Assembly (NCBI GenBank): GCA_016748015.1
Contig: JAAOMT010000211.1
Coordinates: forward strand, 116,248-180,247
Source: Geosiphon pyriformis uo1
Lineage: Eukaryota; Fungi; Glomeromycota
Direction: 5' to 3'
Length of the DNA: 64,000 bases
Shown piece by piece: positions 1 through 13,029 of the stretch; the stretch's first letter is position 1; every line of letters begins with the position of its first letter. The translations under genes were made by a program, and so were the position numbers. Under the pieces are notes generated by a model. It was given only the letters and a program-made list of their open reading frames with translations, searched no databases and was not told the DNA's origin.

Positions 1-2513
1 ATACCAATGGGATTCATCTTTTTTGGCAACAGAGATAGGTGAACTACTAATGAAAAGAGTGGAATTTCTAACCCTATAATTGATGGAAATAGCTACAGTC
101 TTGTCATTGTTTATTAAAATGTCATTAATCTGGAAAAACTCACTAGCAACATTCAAAATGTGTTGAGTAGTGCTCTGACTATTGCCAACCCAAATCATAT
201 TATCAACAAAAGCACCAGCAGCAAAACAAAAAAAAAGCCCAACCTGTGACTTAACACAACTACTCTTGGAAACGAAATGAGAAATTAGCCTGTACTCACA
301 CATACTCTTCTAATGCTTAACTTTGCACAAAAAAAGATCATAAAAAATGTGCCACAGAAGGGAAAAAAAGACCTCTCCTTGATCTAAACTATCATGGACC
401 CAATAACCATCTGTCAAACCAAAATCTGTTATGACTTGATTAGTGCGATCTTTGTAAATGCCGCCAAAAAACCGAATAAACCTGTTGCACATTTTAATTC
501 TGACTAGACACTTCTCTAAATGCTTCCAGCCAACCAAATCATATGTTTTCCTCATATCCTACAAGACCAGCCAAAGTTCTCGGTTCTTTTCCAGGGCATT
601 CTCAACAACCGAACCAACTGCAAAAATGGGGAACTGTGTCATTGTACCTTTCAAAACCAAAAAATTGTCACCACAAAGGACATTATGAGTGCTGCTGCTG
701 AAGAAATCCTGTTTGAGAGTATTTTGGAGAGAATTTTGCGAGCTGTCTCAATTAGTGCAATAAGATGAGTATTTGTAAGAACACCCTCCCATTCATATGG
801 TTTGGGAATTATTGAAACCCAAGCTTCTCTCCAGGGACCAGGGACAGATTCCTCAGATAAGCAAAAGTTCAAAAACACCAAGAGCATATTAAAGACCAAA
901 ATATCGCAATGTTTCCAAAGCTCATTTGAGATACCTGAAAGGCCAGCAGCTTTGCCATCCGGCAGGTTGGAGACAATCCTAAACAGTTTGTCAAAGTTGA
1001 TCAAACCCATCACACCAGAAAAAGCTTTATCGAAAACATAACCTAGAGGACGATACTGGCAAAACCACTCATCATTAATATTAAGCACTACCTTTTGCTT
1101 TCTAGTCCAATCTTCCATAATCTCATCCACCTTGGACTTCACTGGAGCAGAATCCAACACCAGCTTATCTTCCACCACCAAATGGTCCAAAACCATCTTG
1201 CGGAAGGGTTGCTTCAAAACACTACGTACAGTATGACCTTTGTTCAACTCAAAACTCTCTATTCTTTTGTTAATTGCCAACTTGATCTGAGATTTTTTGG
1301 CACAGTTTGATTCTGACAACTTAGATGAATGGTAGAATTTCCTGATCTTGGCCAAAGCTGAACGAATAGTATCAAAATGGGAACCCGAAAGAAAGAGAGA
1401 ATCCACAACAGAAGTGTTAGCAGGATCAATCCCTTTCCATGTATCAAGTAGAGAAACAAACTCCTTATGAGAGACCAGACAAGAGGCTTTGACAATCTTT
1501 GACACCAAAAGTTCTAATTTGTGAAATCTGGATGATATTTTATTATAGACACTATCGAAACCTTTAAACCACTTTTTTTTGAAAACATTCTCAGCCAACA
1601 AACACACTACTTGGCAAAGGTGATCCCACATTGTGTCCAGGTCCAGACTTATCTTGGCAGCATAAAATTCATCATGGAACATGGCAGCATTTGCTGACAT
1701 ATCCTCTTTAAACTTGATCCATTCAGCATCACCAGCATTCACAAAATTGTACTTCCAATGATCTTTATTCACTTGTTTGCGCAATGTGTTCAACTGCACA
1801 TCTAGTAAACCACCAAGACCCATGGAAACAGAAACAGCTTTATGATCAGTATCAAAATACTCTTCAACACCAGACACATTATGATCCAGAATTGTATTAA
1901 TTAAACTCGACGACACAAACACATAATCAATAATTTTAGCTACTCCACGAGAATTGGCCCATGTAGCTTCCTTTCCAAACAAGCTTCCACTCAAGAAGTT
2001 GACCAAACCCAAATCAAAACATTTTCTGAAGCTGGCACTTTTGTGAGAACCATCTTTATTGAAATCTCCACCCAAAATAATGAAGGAAGACTCATTTACT
2101 GCCCTCACAACCAAAGAATTGATATCATCCGCCTGAGAAAAACATACTGCCAAAGAGGATTCAGCATACAGCCCCAAAACTGACACAGACAGTTTATTTT
2201 TGAAGAGAAGCTTGATAGAAAAAAACTGGCCAGGAATGTCCGAAACCTTACACACATGTTGAGCCAAGAAATCGTTCATAATGATTGTGACCCCAGAATC
2301 CATGTGACCAGAATTCAAACCAGAAGTAAAAACCCAAATGCCAACAAACTTGTTCATAATCCAAGAACAAATCCCATCTTTCAACTTAGTCTCAGTAACA
2401 ATTGAAATCATATTGTTCATTTCTTTATGCCAACAAATAATATCCTTCTGTTTTGCAAGATTGTTCATTCTCCTAACATTGCACATAGCAATTTTCCAAA
2501 TATAACTGGTTAT
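1..2513 (-). pseudogene. LINE ORF2 (APE endonuclease + reverse transcriptase), frameshifted/partial
   Basis: 611-aa ORF 651-2486, then a short deletion/frameshift near 700; RT motifs continue toward position 1. Confidence 0.9.
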
Positions 2514-4372
2514 TAAGATGAAGAGAGGACCAGAGGACCCAAACCAGCATACATCTGCTCTAACTTCACCAAAATCGAGCCAATAGAGGCATTGAGGGCA
2601 ACCAACTTTGACTCTAAAATGCCAATTTTAGAAGTTAGCACCTTGGAACTGCTCAAACCCAATTGAGAATTGTTATTGCCAGAAAAGAGAGAAATAGGCT
2701 GAATCAAAGGAATATTTAATACCATGTTGAAACCCAAGTCAGAGTCATCAACCATAAGAGAATCAGAGACAGATGGGTGAGAAGTACCCACAGAAGGAAT
2801 CATACTAGAAGGAGGAGCTGAAGGCACCAAACTGAGATTGTTAAGACGAAGAAGAATGTTCGTAATTTGATCAGATAAAAGCTCTACAGAGCGTTCCAGA
2901 TGTGTCAAACGTGTACCCAAAGGGGAATTGACCATAGAAAGAGGGGGAGGGGTACTATCAGAACTTGAAGCACCAAAGAACAGAGAACCAAAACCAGAGC
3001 CATCATGAGAACCATGAGAGACTGAAGCAACTGAGACCACTTGGGCCTAGGATTTGCCTCTAAAAGCAACAGGACGAGAGATCAGAACCTTCTTTTTAGC
3101 ATATAATTTGGCCAGCTGGAGACGAGTATCCAAGTTAGCAGGCCTTTTAAATGACTTGGGTGACTGAGAAGCTGACACAACCTTAGCATCACATTTCAAG
3201 GCAGAATGACCAAATTTCCTATACTGTTTACAGCAAACTAAATCTAACCTAGTTCATGAGAGTTTCACACTACCAAAGATTGGCTCCGTGCAAAAAGCTG
3301 ACTCCATAGCTTCATCAGATTCAAAACAGACTACAGCACAGCAAGTTTTATTGCCAGTCTCCAATGAATAATTGATGACACAAGTTTTCCCACCGGCCCC
3401 TTCCAAAAAAGTCCCAAGATCATGAGCTGTCATTCCTACTGGCAATGTGAACAGAAGTGCTCTGAATTGATCCCTAAAAGCCCATGTCTCACGATCTCCC
3501 ACAGCTTTTGCCACACGCACAGAATCTTTCCCAATTAAAAAGAACCATTTTGAAGCCAATTGCTCTGCCTGTTCCAGTTTGGCGAATTCTACCACAGCTT
3601 TCTGCCACATGCTAATCAGCTGAATTTTGATTGATTTAATTTTCCCAAATTCAGACACTGCAGCGACGATCATATTCTTTGGCGTGTTCATAGGAATTTT
3701 TTTGATCACCACAGCCCGATCTGACCTAATTTTTTGTTTTTTAAGATTGCTGTTTACTATAATGTCATTTTCCCTGGCCAATGAGGTGGCCTTTTCCATG
3801 CTTGCTTCAGAGGTAAAGGTAGATCTGATAATCCCTTCAAATTTTGAGGGGGTAGTGGCCCCCCCAAAACCATTGATTCTTGAAAATAATTTTCTTATGG
3901 CATGAGTTTTGGCTATTGCCAATTTCTCTTCTACAGCCGAAAGATTGATGTCCAGAGCAAAAGATTTTTTTACAGCCATTTTCACCTGAGTTTTAATGAT
4001 TTTGGGATCAATCCATGCCTTATCCAAAGAAAAAGACTTACAGGGGGGAAGAGAAACCTCTTCTTTCTCCTCTATGTCGAAATTAATAGAGCTGAGAAGG
4101 GAGCCAACAATCGCACTATTATTGAAATGCTTGGCTTGGGGTGTATTCATCTTGGAATTGGATACTCCTTTACCTTCGGAAGCCTTTCCATCAGTATCTA
4201 TGCTATTAAACTGCCCAACCACTTAATCAGATCCACTACCTTTGAGAGCCACACCATTACTTAATAGCTTAGTACCATCAGGAGATTTTTTGACCTTATG
4301 ACTTGAACTACTACTAACTGAATCAGAAGTTGGAACTCTGGTTGACCTTTTTTTAGCACCAGTACGACTCAT
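2510..4372 (-). pseudogene. LINE ORF1 (RRM-like + CCHC knuckle + coiled coil), disrupted by stops
   Basis: ATG at 4372 is in frame with ORF 3254-4222 (VVIKKIP...FGKIKSIKIQL...AVVEF RRM-like). A degenerate knuckle CKQYRKFGHSALKC lies at ~3195-3236. Homologous to ORF1 of copies B and C. Confidence 0.85.
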
Positions 4373-4645
4373 GGGAGCAGTCAGGTCAACAACAAAAGGA
4401 TTTGTTTCTTGTAAAGTAATGGAAAACAGTATGAAATAGCAGAAAAAACTTCTTTTGAAATACGCTTTTTAAGGATTTTAGAAGATAAGAAAGAAAGAAG
4501 TTTTTTTTTTTATATTTATTGATTGTATTTTAAATATTATATTTGGAAAAAACATATATATTTTAATGTTTTTCAATTTATATTTGGTTATTTTCCAATC
4601 AAATTTTTTAAGTTATTTACCAAAGAAAATTTCTGTTATTTATGC

Positions 4646-6600
4646 TGTTACTAGTATAATTTTAACTATTAATTAATATAAAATTATTCTTATTATTCTT
4701 ATTATCAATTAATATATATTATTATTATTTTAATTATTAATTATTATTTAATCAAATTATCAATATTAATAATTTGATTTGTACAATACACAATTATAAT
4801 GATTAAATTATATAATATACTAAACTCTATAATATTTAAAAATTTGCTGAATTTTGTAGAATTTTGTAAAACAATTTAATAAATTATTAAAATAACTTAT
4901 AGTTTGTAAAAATAACTTATAATTCATCTAAAATATATTTTTAATTTATTAAAATAATAGCAAAGAGAAAAAATGCAAGTTTAAAAACTAGTATTACAAC
5001 AAGTTATATAAAAGAAAAACTTTTTTCTTTAAGAAAATATATTTTATTTTACTTAAAATCATCTTATCTTAAAAATACTTTTACTCTTATTAATAAAATA
5101 ATACTTTAAAAACAAATTCATTAATTATTTGCATTTAAAATTTTTCGAAATACAATTAATATTTTGAAATTAATTAGCTATTAATTTTAGTAATCTGTTA
5201 GTAATTTTAGACCTAAACAAAAAACAATTTTCTTAAATAAAATTCTTTTTTTTTTATATTTTTTATATTATCTTTTATTTTTTTTATTATATTGTTACCA
5301 GTAAAATTTTAGTTATTAACTAGCATGAAATTATTCTTATAATTTCTATTATTAATTAATATATATTAAATTATTACTTATTATTTAATCAAATTATTGA
5401 ATATTACTATTTAATTAATAACCTGATTTATACAATTGAAATTAGAATGATTAAATTACACAATATCTCAAACTATGTAACATTCAAGAATTTGCCAAAA
5501 TTTGTAGAAATTTACCAAAATAATAGATAATTTACCAAAATAGTTAATAGTTTATTAAAATATATCTTTAATTTATCAAAATTATAGCAAAAAAAAAGTT
5601 CAAGTTCATAAACTAATATTATAACAAGTTGTATAAAAGAAGAGCTTTTCTTTTTGAGAAAATATATCTTACTCAGAATTATCTTTGTTAGAATCAATTT
5701 ATTATTTACACATTTTTACAAAAAAAACAAATAAAAATTGAATACTTTAAAAACCCAAATCCCTTAAAATTATTTATATTTGAAATTGATTAGCTACCAA
5801 TTTCAGTAAACCATTAATAACTCTAAGTCTAGACCAAAATCAATTCTTTTAATAAAATTTTATTTTTTTTACATTTTTTTTCTTTTTTTTTTCTTTTTTT
5901 ACTATAATTATTAAGATAGTCTACAAACAAGATTTCTGTAAAAAAGTTGACTTTTACAGTAAAAATAACTACACATTTTAGTAAACTTTCAGACAAGCAA
6001 TTTTTGGAAAAGAGTTAAAGTTTACTATAACATAACTACATAAAGTAACTGGCATAAAATTGGTTATTTCACTTATAAGTCCAGCAGTTTAAATTATAGA
6101 AAATAATTTAAAAATAAATTCAGTTATCAGAGGTTTAACAGCTTCCAAAAAACGTGAATACACAACAAACAAAATTAACAACATTCAAAAAAAAAACCAA
6201 AAATCTTCAGTAACAATATATATTAAAATAATTTATAAATAAGATATTTGTAAAAAAATTGACTTTTATAGCAAAGTAACTATATATTTTTAATAAACTT
6301 CCAAATAAGTAATTCTTAAGAAAAAATTGATTTTTACAGCAAAATAACTACACATTTTTAGTGAATTTTCAGATAAGCAATTTTTAAGAAAAAGTTGACT
6401 TTTACTACAAAATAACTATATAAATAACTAATATAGAATTGACTATTCTATTTATAAGCTTAGCAGTTTAAATTATAAAAAATAATTTGAAAATAAATTC
6501 AGTTATTAAAAATTTAATAGCTTCTAATAATTTAAAATTAAAAGTAAAATAACAACAATAATATTTAAAAAAAGAGATTAAAAATCTTTAGTAATAATAA
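4646..6600 (+). repeat. Two tandem ~650-bp LTR-like units (starting TGTTAC at ~4646 and ~5293) followed by a duplicated leader of a gypsy-like family
   Basis: 4650-5290 aligns by eye to 5293-5900. 5293-6220 is the reverse complement of ~15460-16402, which sits directly upstream of gag/protease relics. 6230-6600 repeats 5920-6210. Confidence 0.65.
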
Positions 6601-8606
6601 TTTTTTATTATAACAATAATAAAATTTATGTTGTTTTAATATATATTTATTAAAAATATAAATTATTAAAACTAATCAATAATAGATAATTTAAATTAAT
6701 AAAATTTATTAGTATTTATAGCAAATATTATAATAATACAAGACTTATAATTTTTTATTTAATAAATAACAATTGTTTAATTTAAATTTATTTAAAATAA
6801 CTTAGTTTCATCTATATTAGAAATATTATATGGCTTAATTCAAATATTTTTGATTATAATTTTGAAAATAATGTTATTATGTTTATAATATCTGTATTTA
6901 TACTTTTATTATATAATTTAAACTGATAAAATTCATAATATATTAAAATAAACTTGAATATTTATTAAAAAAAGCTGAGAATTTTCAATATTTGTATAAG
7001 CTTTGTTGTTTTGGTTTTAATTAAGTTACCAAAGAGATAAATATAATTTGCTTAATATTATAATATCTATATTGTGATTGTTTGGTTTAATTTGAAAAAA
7101 ATTGGCAGACAAGTATATTTATTATTTAGTTTCTTGTTTTTTATTATTAATAGCTCTTTTTTGTATTTAAAAATATTTAATACTGTATTCTATAATAATA
7201 TTTTAGCAAAACCAAATATTTTTTTAGTTTATAAAATAAGCTTTAATTATATAATTATAGGATTGGTAATTAAATATTTACAAATTTTTTTATATTATTT
7301 ATTTGTTAAATTAAATTTATTAATAATTATCTTAAAAAATAATAATAAAACAAAAATATAGGTTTAATGTTTTTAATATATATATAAATTAATACTAAAA
7401 ACTATTATAATTTTATCTTGTAATTATTATTTGTAATATTAATTATATTATTTTAATAAATATTAATTATACAGTTATATTCTAAAATAATATTTAATTT
7501 TCTATTATAAATATAATTTAAAATTAGATATTACTTTAAAATATAATTATATATATAATTAATAATATTATAATAATACTATATATTATTATAACATAAG
7601 TAAAAATAATATTTTGGTCAAAAAAATAATTTAACTTATTAGATAAAAAAAAAGATATTAAATAAAAACAGAAATTAATAAAATATTATATTTAATGTGT
7701 CAAAATATTGCACATATAATATTAATAATTAATATATAAATCTTAATTAATTATATTTTATCTTTTAAATCTAATAACTAATAATTTTTTAAAAAATCAA
7801 TTTTATTGATTATTATAAATTCTATTATATTGTTTTTAATAATATTTAAAAATAATTATCAATTATTAAAAATTTGTTTTTTATTTTAATATTTAATGTT
7901 TTTTTTAAGATTAAATTAACTTATATTAAAACTGTTTTTTAGTTTATATATAGTTATTTTAAAACAAAATTTGTATTAAAAATAATATAAAAAAATTGTT
8001 AAATTTTTAATAATTTTCAAATTTGTTGATTTTTTTGCTGTTATTATTTTATATAATATATTTAAAAATATTATTATTATTAATATTAAAATACTTTTAA
8101 TGTTTTTGGTGATTATATTAAAGTTTGCTAATATTTAATAAAAATTTTTTGATTTTTAGTTTGTAAATTATAAGATATTTTTATTTTTTTTCTTAAGTTT
8201 TTATTTAAATTTGTAAGTAATTTAAAAAAATTTGAATTTTATTTTGTTAATATTAAGTTTTATATTAGAGTTTTTATTTATTATTTTTATTATTGTGTTT
8301 TTGGTTGTTTTTGTTATTATTATTCTTATAAATTTTTTATTTGGTTTTTAGTTAATTTTTCAAAATCTGAATTGATTGTTTTGGTTTTTTAATTAAATTT
8401 GTTATTATTGGTATTTTAGTTATTTTAATTAAAAAAAATTTAATTATATAATTGTTTTTTAAGAACTTTAATATTTTATAATTAAATAAATTAAATAAAT
8501 GAATAATATAATTAAAAATAGTTATATTTAATTATATATATATATAAAATATCTTTACAAAGTAATTTTTTTTTCATATGAATTAAATAGTAATTGGGCT
8601 TAATAT

Positions 8607-8649
<43 letters not shown>

Positions 8650-10370
8650 CTTTTTATGATTTAATATTATTTTATTATGTTTTATTTTTTTATTTATTAA
8701 TTATCTTATTTTTATATAACTCTATTATTATATAATAAATATAAATTATTTTAAAAACAATATATAACCAGTTAAGCAATGTTTATTTGTATTAATCTAT
8801 TGAATTATACTTAATTTTTGATTAATTAAAAATTAAAAAATCTTAAATATATACAAAAAACATTTTAAAAATATGACAAAATTTTAATGTTTAACATATA
8901 ATATTCTTTTTTTTGTAGTTACAGCATTATTTTTATTTAAAACCAATAATTGATAAATAAATATAAATTCAAAACTTGATTTCATAAATTTGTCTTTAAG
9001 TATTTAGTAGTAATAAAATATTTCAAATTTTTATAATCACAAAATTACAGTTATATTAAATTGTATTCCATTGAAATAATAATAATAACATCGCCAAATA
9101 GCCGAAAGTTGTATACTATCAATAATATATTTGATCTTTGCTAAAGTAAATGAAATATTACAAAATATAATAGTTTATTAATATGTAATTGAAAAAGAAC
9201 AGCATTCAAAACATATATCTTAATAATATATGATTTATAAAATTAGTATAAATCAAAATGAAAGATAAAGTAAATATATTTTTGAATAATTTGAAATGTT
9301 TTGAATATTGCTAAAATAATTAATTAATTAATTAAATAATGGTAAAAATAAATAATTAAAAAAGTAATTTTTTGAATATTTAAACAAAATTTCAAAATAC
9401 TCTTGAAATAATACTTATATTTTCTTAAGAAACTTAAATAGAAAATTCACAATTACTGAAAAAAATTATTGTGGAATTTATTACCAGTTTTCTATAATGA
9501 ATATTTTTTTTAATTCCATTTGGTATCATTAAATTAGTTGAAAAGTGGTCAGATACCAAATTCATTAAATTGTTTTATTGTTTGAGAAAGTTATATATAA
9601 TTAAATATTTGTGTGATAATTAATCTATTATTAATGAAATACAGTTAAAAAATAGATAAAAATGCGTGAAAAATTAAAACAGCCGCTGCATAATTGATCG
9701 ATTGATTGATATTTTCAAAATTAATTTAAAGTTTTTCTCAATTAATATATTAAAAGGTCATTTTGTTTTGTGTTTTATAAAAAAATTAATAATGCTAAAT
9801 TATATTTAAATAAAGTAGTAATATTTAGTAAATTTTATATTTCTAGCGATCGGTTTTAGTTAAGACATAAACATCTTTTGAACAAAAATGATTTATTAAG
9901 TTAAAGCAAATGATGAAGTCGGATATTACTAAATTTTAATAAGGATTATGGAACTCAATTTAAAATAGTCGAATTTTTAATCTGATGGTTTTTAATTATA
10001 ACATAATGAGAAATCTTTTTGATTGTTTCTATTGAATTCTTAAAAGAAACTTTGGCTAATTTTTGCATTGGGATATTTAAGTCAAACCATCGATAGAGCT
10101 ATTATAGAGATTGCAGCCAATTGATTTAATAAATGGCTAAAAAAGAAGAAGTGTATTTGTCAGAAAACCCAATACATGACTGAATTTATTAATTTCTAAG
10201 ACACTTGTTAAACCTTCTTACCCATAATTTGGGGTTTTTAAAAAAATTAATACATTGACTAATGTGAATATATATACATTGAAAATTTAATTAGAGAGGT
10301 ATTTTTTAAAGTTAATAAAGTTTGCTAGTAGACCTCGAATTATGATTAATTTATACGTTGCTTGAAAATC

Positions 10371-10820
10371 ATGTCTTCAAAATCATTAATTGAAAACCCA
10401 ACTTCACCCCTTGAAGGAACATTCATAGTCATCAAAGAAAGTTTGCCAATCTTTCCAGCTAGTGAATATTCAAAAGTTGCTGACTTAGTTAAAAATCATC
10501 TTGTGCGCAATCAGAAAACTCCTGAAGACCTATTCAATTGCTTGAATAATAAAGGTCCAAAGCGTTTGATAGACAATATTTTGCTCGGCTTTTGTTTAGA
10601 ACATGGAATTGAAACTATTCCTAATTTAACAAAAGCATTTTTAGAATTTCAGAAAGCAGTGAACGCAGAAGATCCTTTTGGACTATTTTTTTAGGTTATT
10701 GTTATAATAATGAAATTGGTACTTCACAAGATCGAGGAAAAGCATTTGAACTCTATTCAAAAGCAGCAGAGGCAGGTTATAAAAACGCACAACGCAATCT
10801 TGCAATTTGTTATATTAATG
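10371..10820 (+). pseudogene. Sel1-like repeat protein pseudogene, frameshifted and truncated
   Basis: LLGFCLEHGIETIPNLTKAFLEFQKA...DPFGLFF, frameshift at ~10690, then LGYCYNNEIGTSQDRGKAFELYSKAAEAGYKNAQRNLAICYIN (typical Sel1 repeats). Fused abruptly to integrase sequence at ~10821. Confidence 0.8.
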
Positions 10821-13010
10821 TGTAAAGCAATAGCCAAGATCAGCCAAAAAAACCAGAATAAATGAGATTTGTTCATATCATCAGTATTATTTGCTTATTA
10901 GACAATAAAGTAAGACACTATATAAGCAACACCATTTGAATTAGTATACAGTAAAACAACAACATTATTAATTAAGATAGAAGTTAAAACATATTCAACA
11001 GAACCAATAACAGAAGAAAATTTCCAAAAAACATTGTTAAGAAGAACATATAATTTAATAAAAACACTAGAAAACAAATAGTAAAAAGCAGTTGATAACA
11101 TCCAAAAGTCACAAGAAAAACAAAAAAAAAGACATAATAACCAATTACCAGATAAATCAGTTGAATTCAAGATTGGAAACAAAGTATTCTTATATTATAC
11201 CAAAGCAGAAAAACAATAAAATAGAAAATTTGACCCCAAATAGGACAGACCATTTCACATAGAAGAAATTCTTGAAAATAAAGCATATAAATTAAGATTG
11301 AACAACAAAATTTTAACCAAAGCAGCACATAGTGATTAACTGAAACCATATAATTATATAGTGTTACCATCCACCAGTAATATTTCACAATTAGAAATAC
11401 AAAAAATACTGGTTCAACCAGATGAGATTTCATAAGATCTGGAACCAATTATAATCATTGAACCAAACACGTCAAATTGAACAACCAAAAAAGTATAAAA
11501 AAACAGATATATGTGATAAAAAGAAAAAAAAAAAAAAAGAGAAAAGAAAATGGAAATTACCAACAACATATATACACTAGCACAACAACTATTCCAACTG
11601 ATTCAACAACAGACTATGAAAATTACTATCAATCAACAAACCATTTAATACTGAGATACCAGAAAAATATGCCAATACAAAGTACAAAAAAAACCAGAAA
11701 GCACCATTGACAAAATAATTCTAAAAGTAAAATTGGCAATAAAAGAGCCAACAAGTGTTACTTCATATCAAGAAGTAATTAAAAAAACTTGGAAGTAGTG
11801 GATACAACAATTTTCAAAAAACTTTTGTTATTTCCACTTAAAACAACATCTAAATATTCAAAACTTATATATGAATAAGACAAAGTAATTATTCAATCCA
11901 AAAATATTACAACAACTTGAACAATTTGTGAGGAAGAACAATCTAGTCACATAAGCATGAGCTATTTATCGATTACAAATTGGATTTCAAGACTAATCTA
12001 AAATCTTATTCAACCCAGTAGTAAATGCTATTACTATTAACCAAATGGGAAAAATAATCAATGCCTAATTTGAAGAATTATAGAACAAGATAATACAGGT
12101 AATTCTTGAAAAAGAAGTTTAAGAAATACTCAAAGACAGAGAATTAGAATTAGAAGATCTCAATGGAACTCAATATTAAAAAAGAGAAAATAATATTACT
12201 CATAAAATATAAAAAATATATTAACAGATAAATTAGCCAATCAGAAGTAGCCATAGTAAAATTGGAATTCCAGGATTTCTCTTAAGAAGAATTGCAGAAT
12301 TCCAGAAATTTTAAGATTTTTATATAAAGAATTGCAGGATTCCAGAATTCCAGAATTCCTTTCAAAAGGAATTGCAAAATTTCAGGAATTCCTAAATTCC
12401 TGGTATAAAGAATCAAGGAATTAAGAAATCTCAATTATGTATATATAGTGGTAGTATTAGAAAAAGAAAAGACAGATCTCTCAATTTAGATTTTATCTAA
12501 GCAATTTTTCACATTACAAATATTAAATAAATAATTATTTACCATCTTAAATCTACTCTCTATTATCAACTCTTTATGTTAATAGTAATTGATACTTAAT
12601 CACACTGAAACAATAGCTTTTGATTACAGCTATTGATAAGATACTAACATTCATTGTCTTGACTTATTTCTTTATTTTTTTTTATTTACTTTTATTTTCT
12701 TTTATTTTGTTATTTCTTTTGTTTTACTAATTGATTGAAGATTAAGCACTGAATTATTAACATCAAGGATAGCCTAGTAAAAGACCCCAAAGGAAAGATA
12801 TAAAGAGTAATAATTCAAGGATAACTTATTAGAAAGGCATTTCTGCCAGATTACCAGCCACCATGCTAAGAAAAAAATTTGATGAAATTGCAATTCTGGG
12901 AGACTATTGAAACACTATTGAATCTCTGTCTATTATACAAAAAACTCAACCAAAACTGTCAGACACAAACAACAATCAAAAAACCAATATTAATATAACA
13001 ATTGAGCACC
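10821..13010 (+). mobile_element. Ty3/gypsy LTR retrotransposon 3' relic: integrase C-terminus, extra ORF, polypurine tract, LTR
   Basis: Reading through stops gives DLFISSVLFAY...ATPFELVY...VEFKIGNKVL...KFDPK*DRPFHIEEIL...AYKL (integrase and GPY/F module). Purine tract at 12178-12190, then an LTR-like segment ~12194-12762 with GAATTCC/GAATTGC microrepeats, TATA-like and AATAAA motifs, ending TAACA. Confidence 0.8.
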
Positions 13011-13029
13011 AAGTTATGAGTTTGTTATT

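Larger units (their letters stand above)
1..4500 (-). mobile_element. Non-LTR retrotransposon (LINE) copy A, inactivated; 3' part runs off the window
   Basis: ORF2 fragments 651-2486 and 310-555 show APE motifs (TETKL, ILGGDFN, IDYVF, DTDH) and RT N-terminal motifs (KAAGLSGI, IIPKP, IALIETARK, LDQGEVF). ORF1 fragments lie at 2513-4372. The 5' end CTTCTTTC at 4500 matches copy C at 51764. Confidence 0.95.

Noticed and set aside
12250-12430. GAATTCC/GAATTGCAG short repeats resembling a CRISPR-like array
   Set aside because: Irregular spacing, no unique spacers, eukaryotic context; fits LTR U3 microrepeats.
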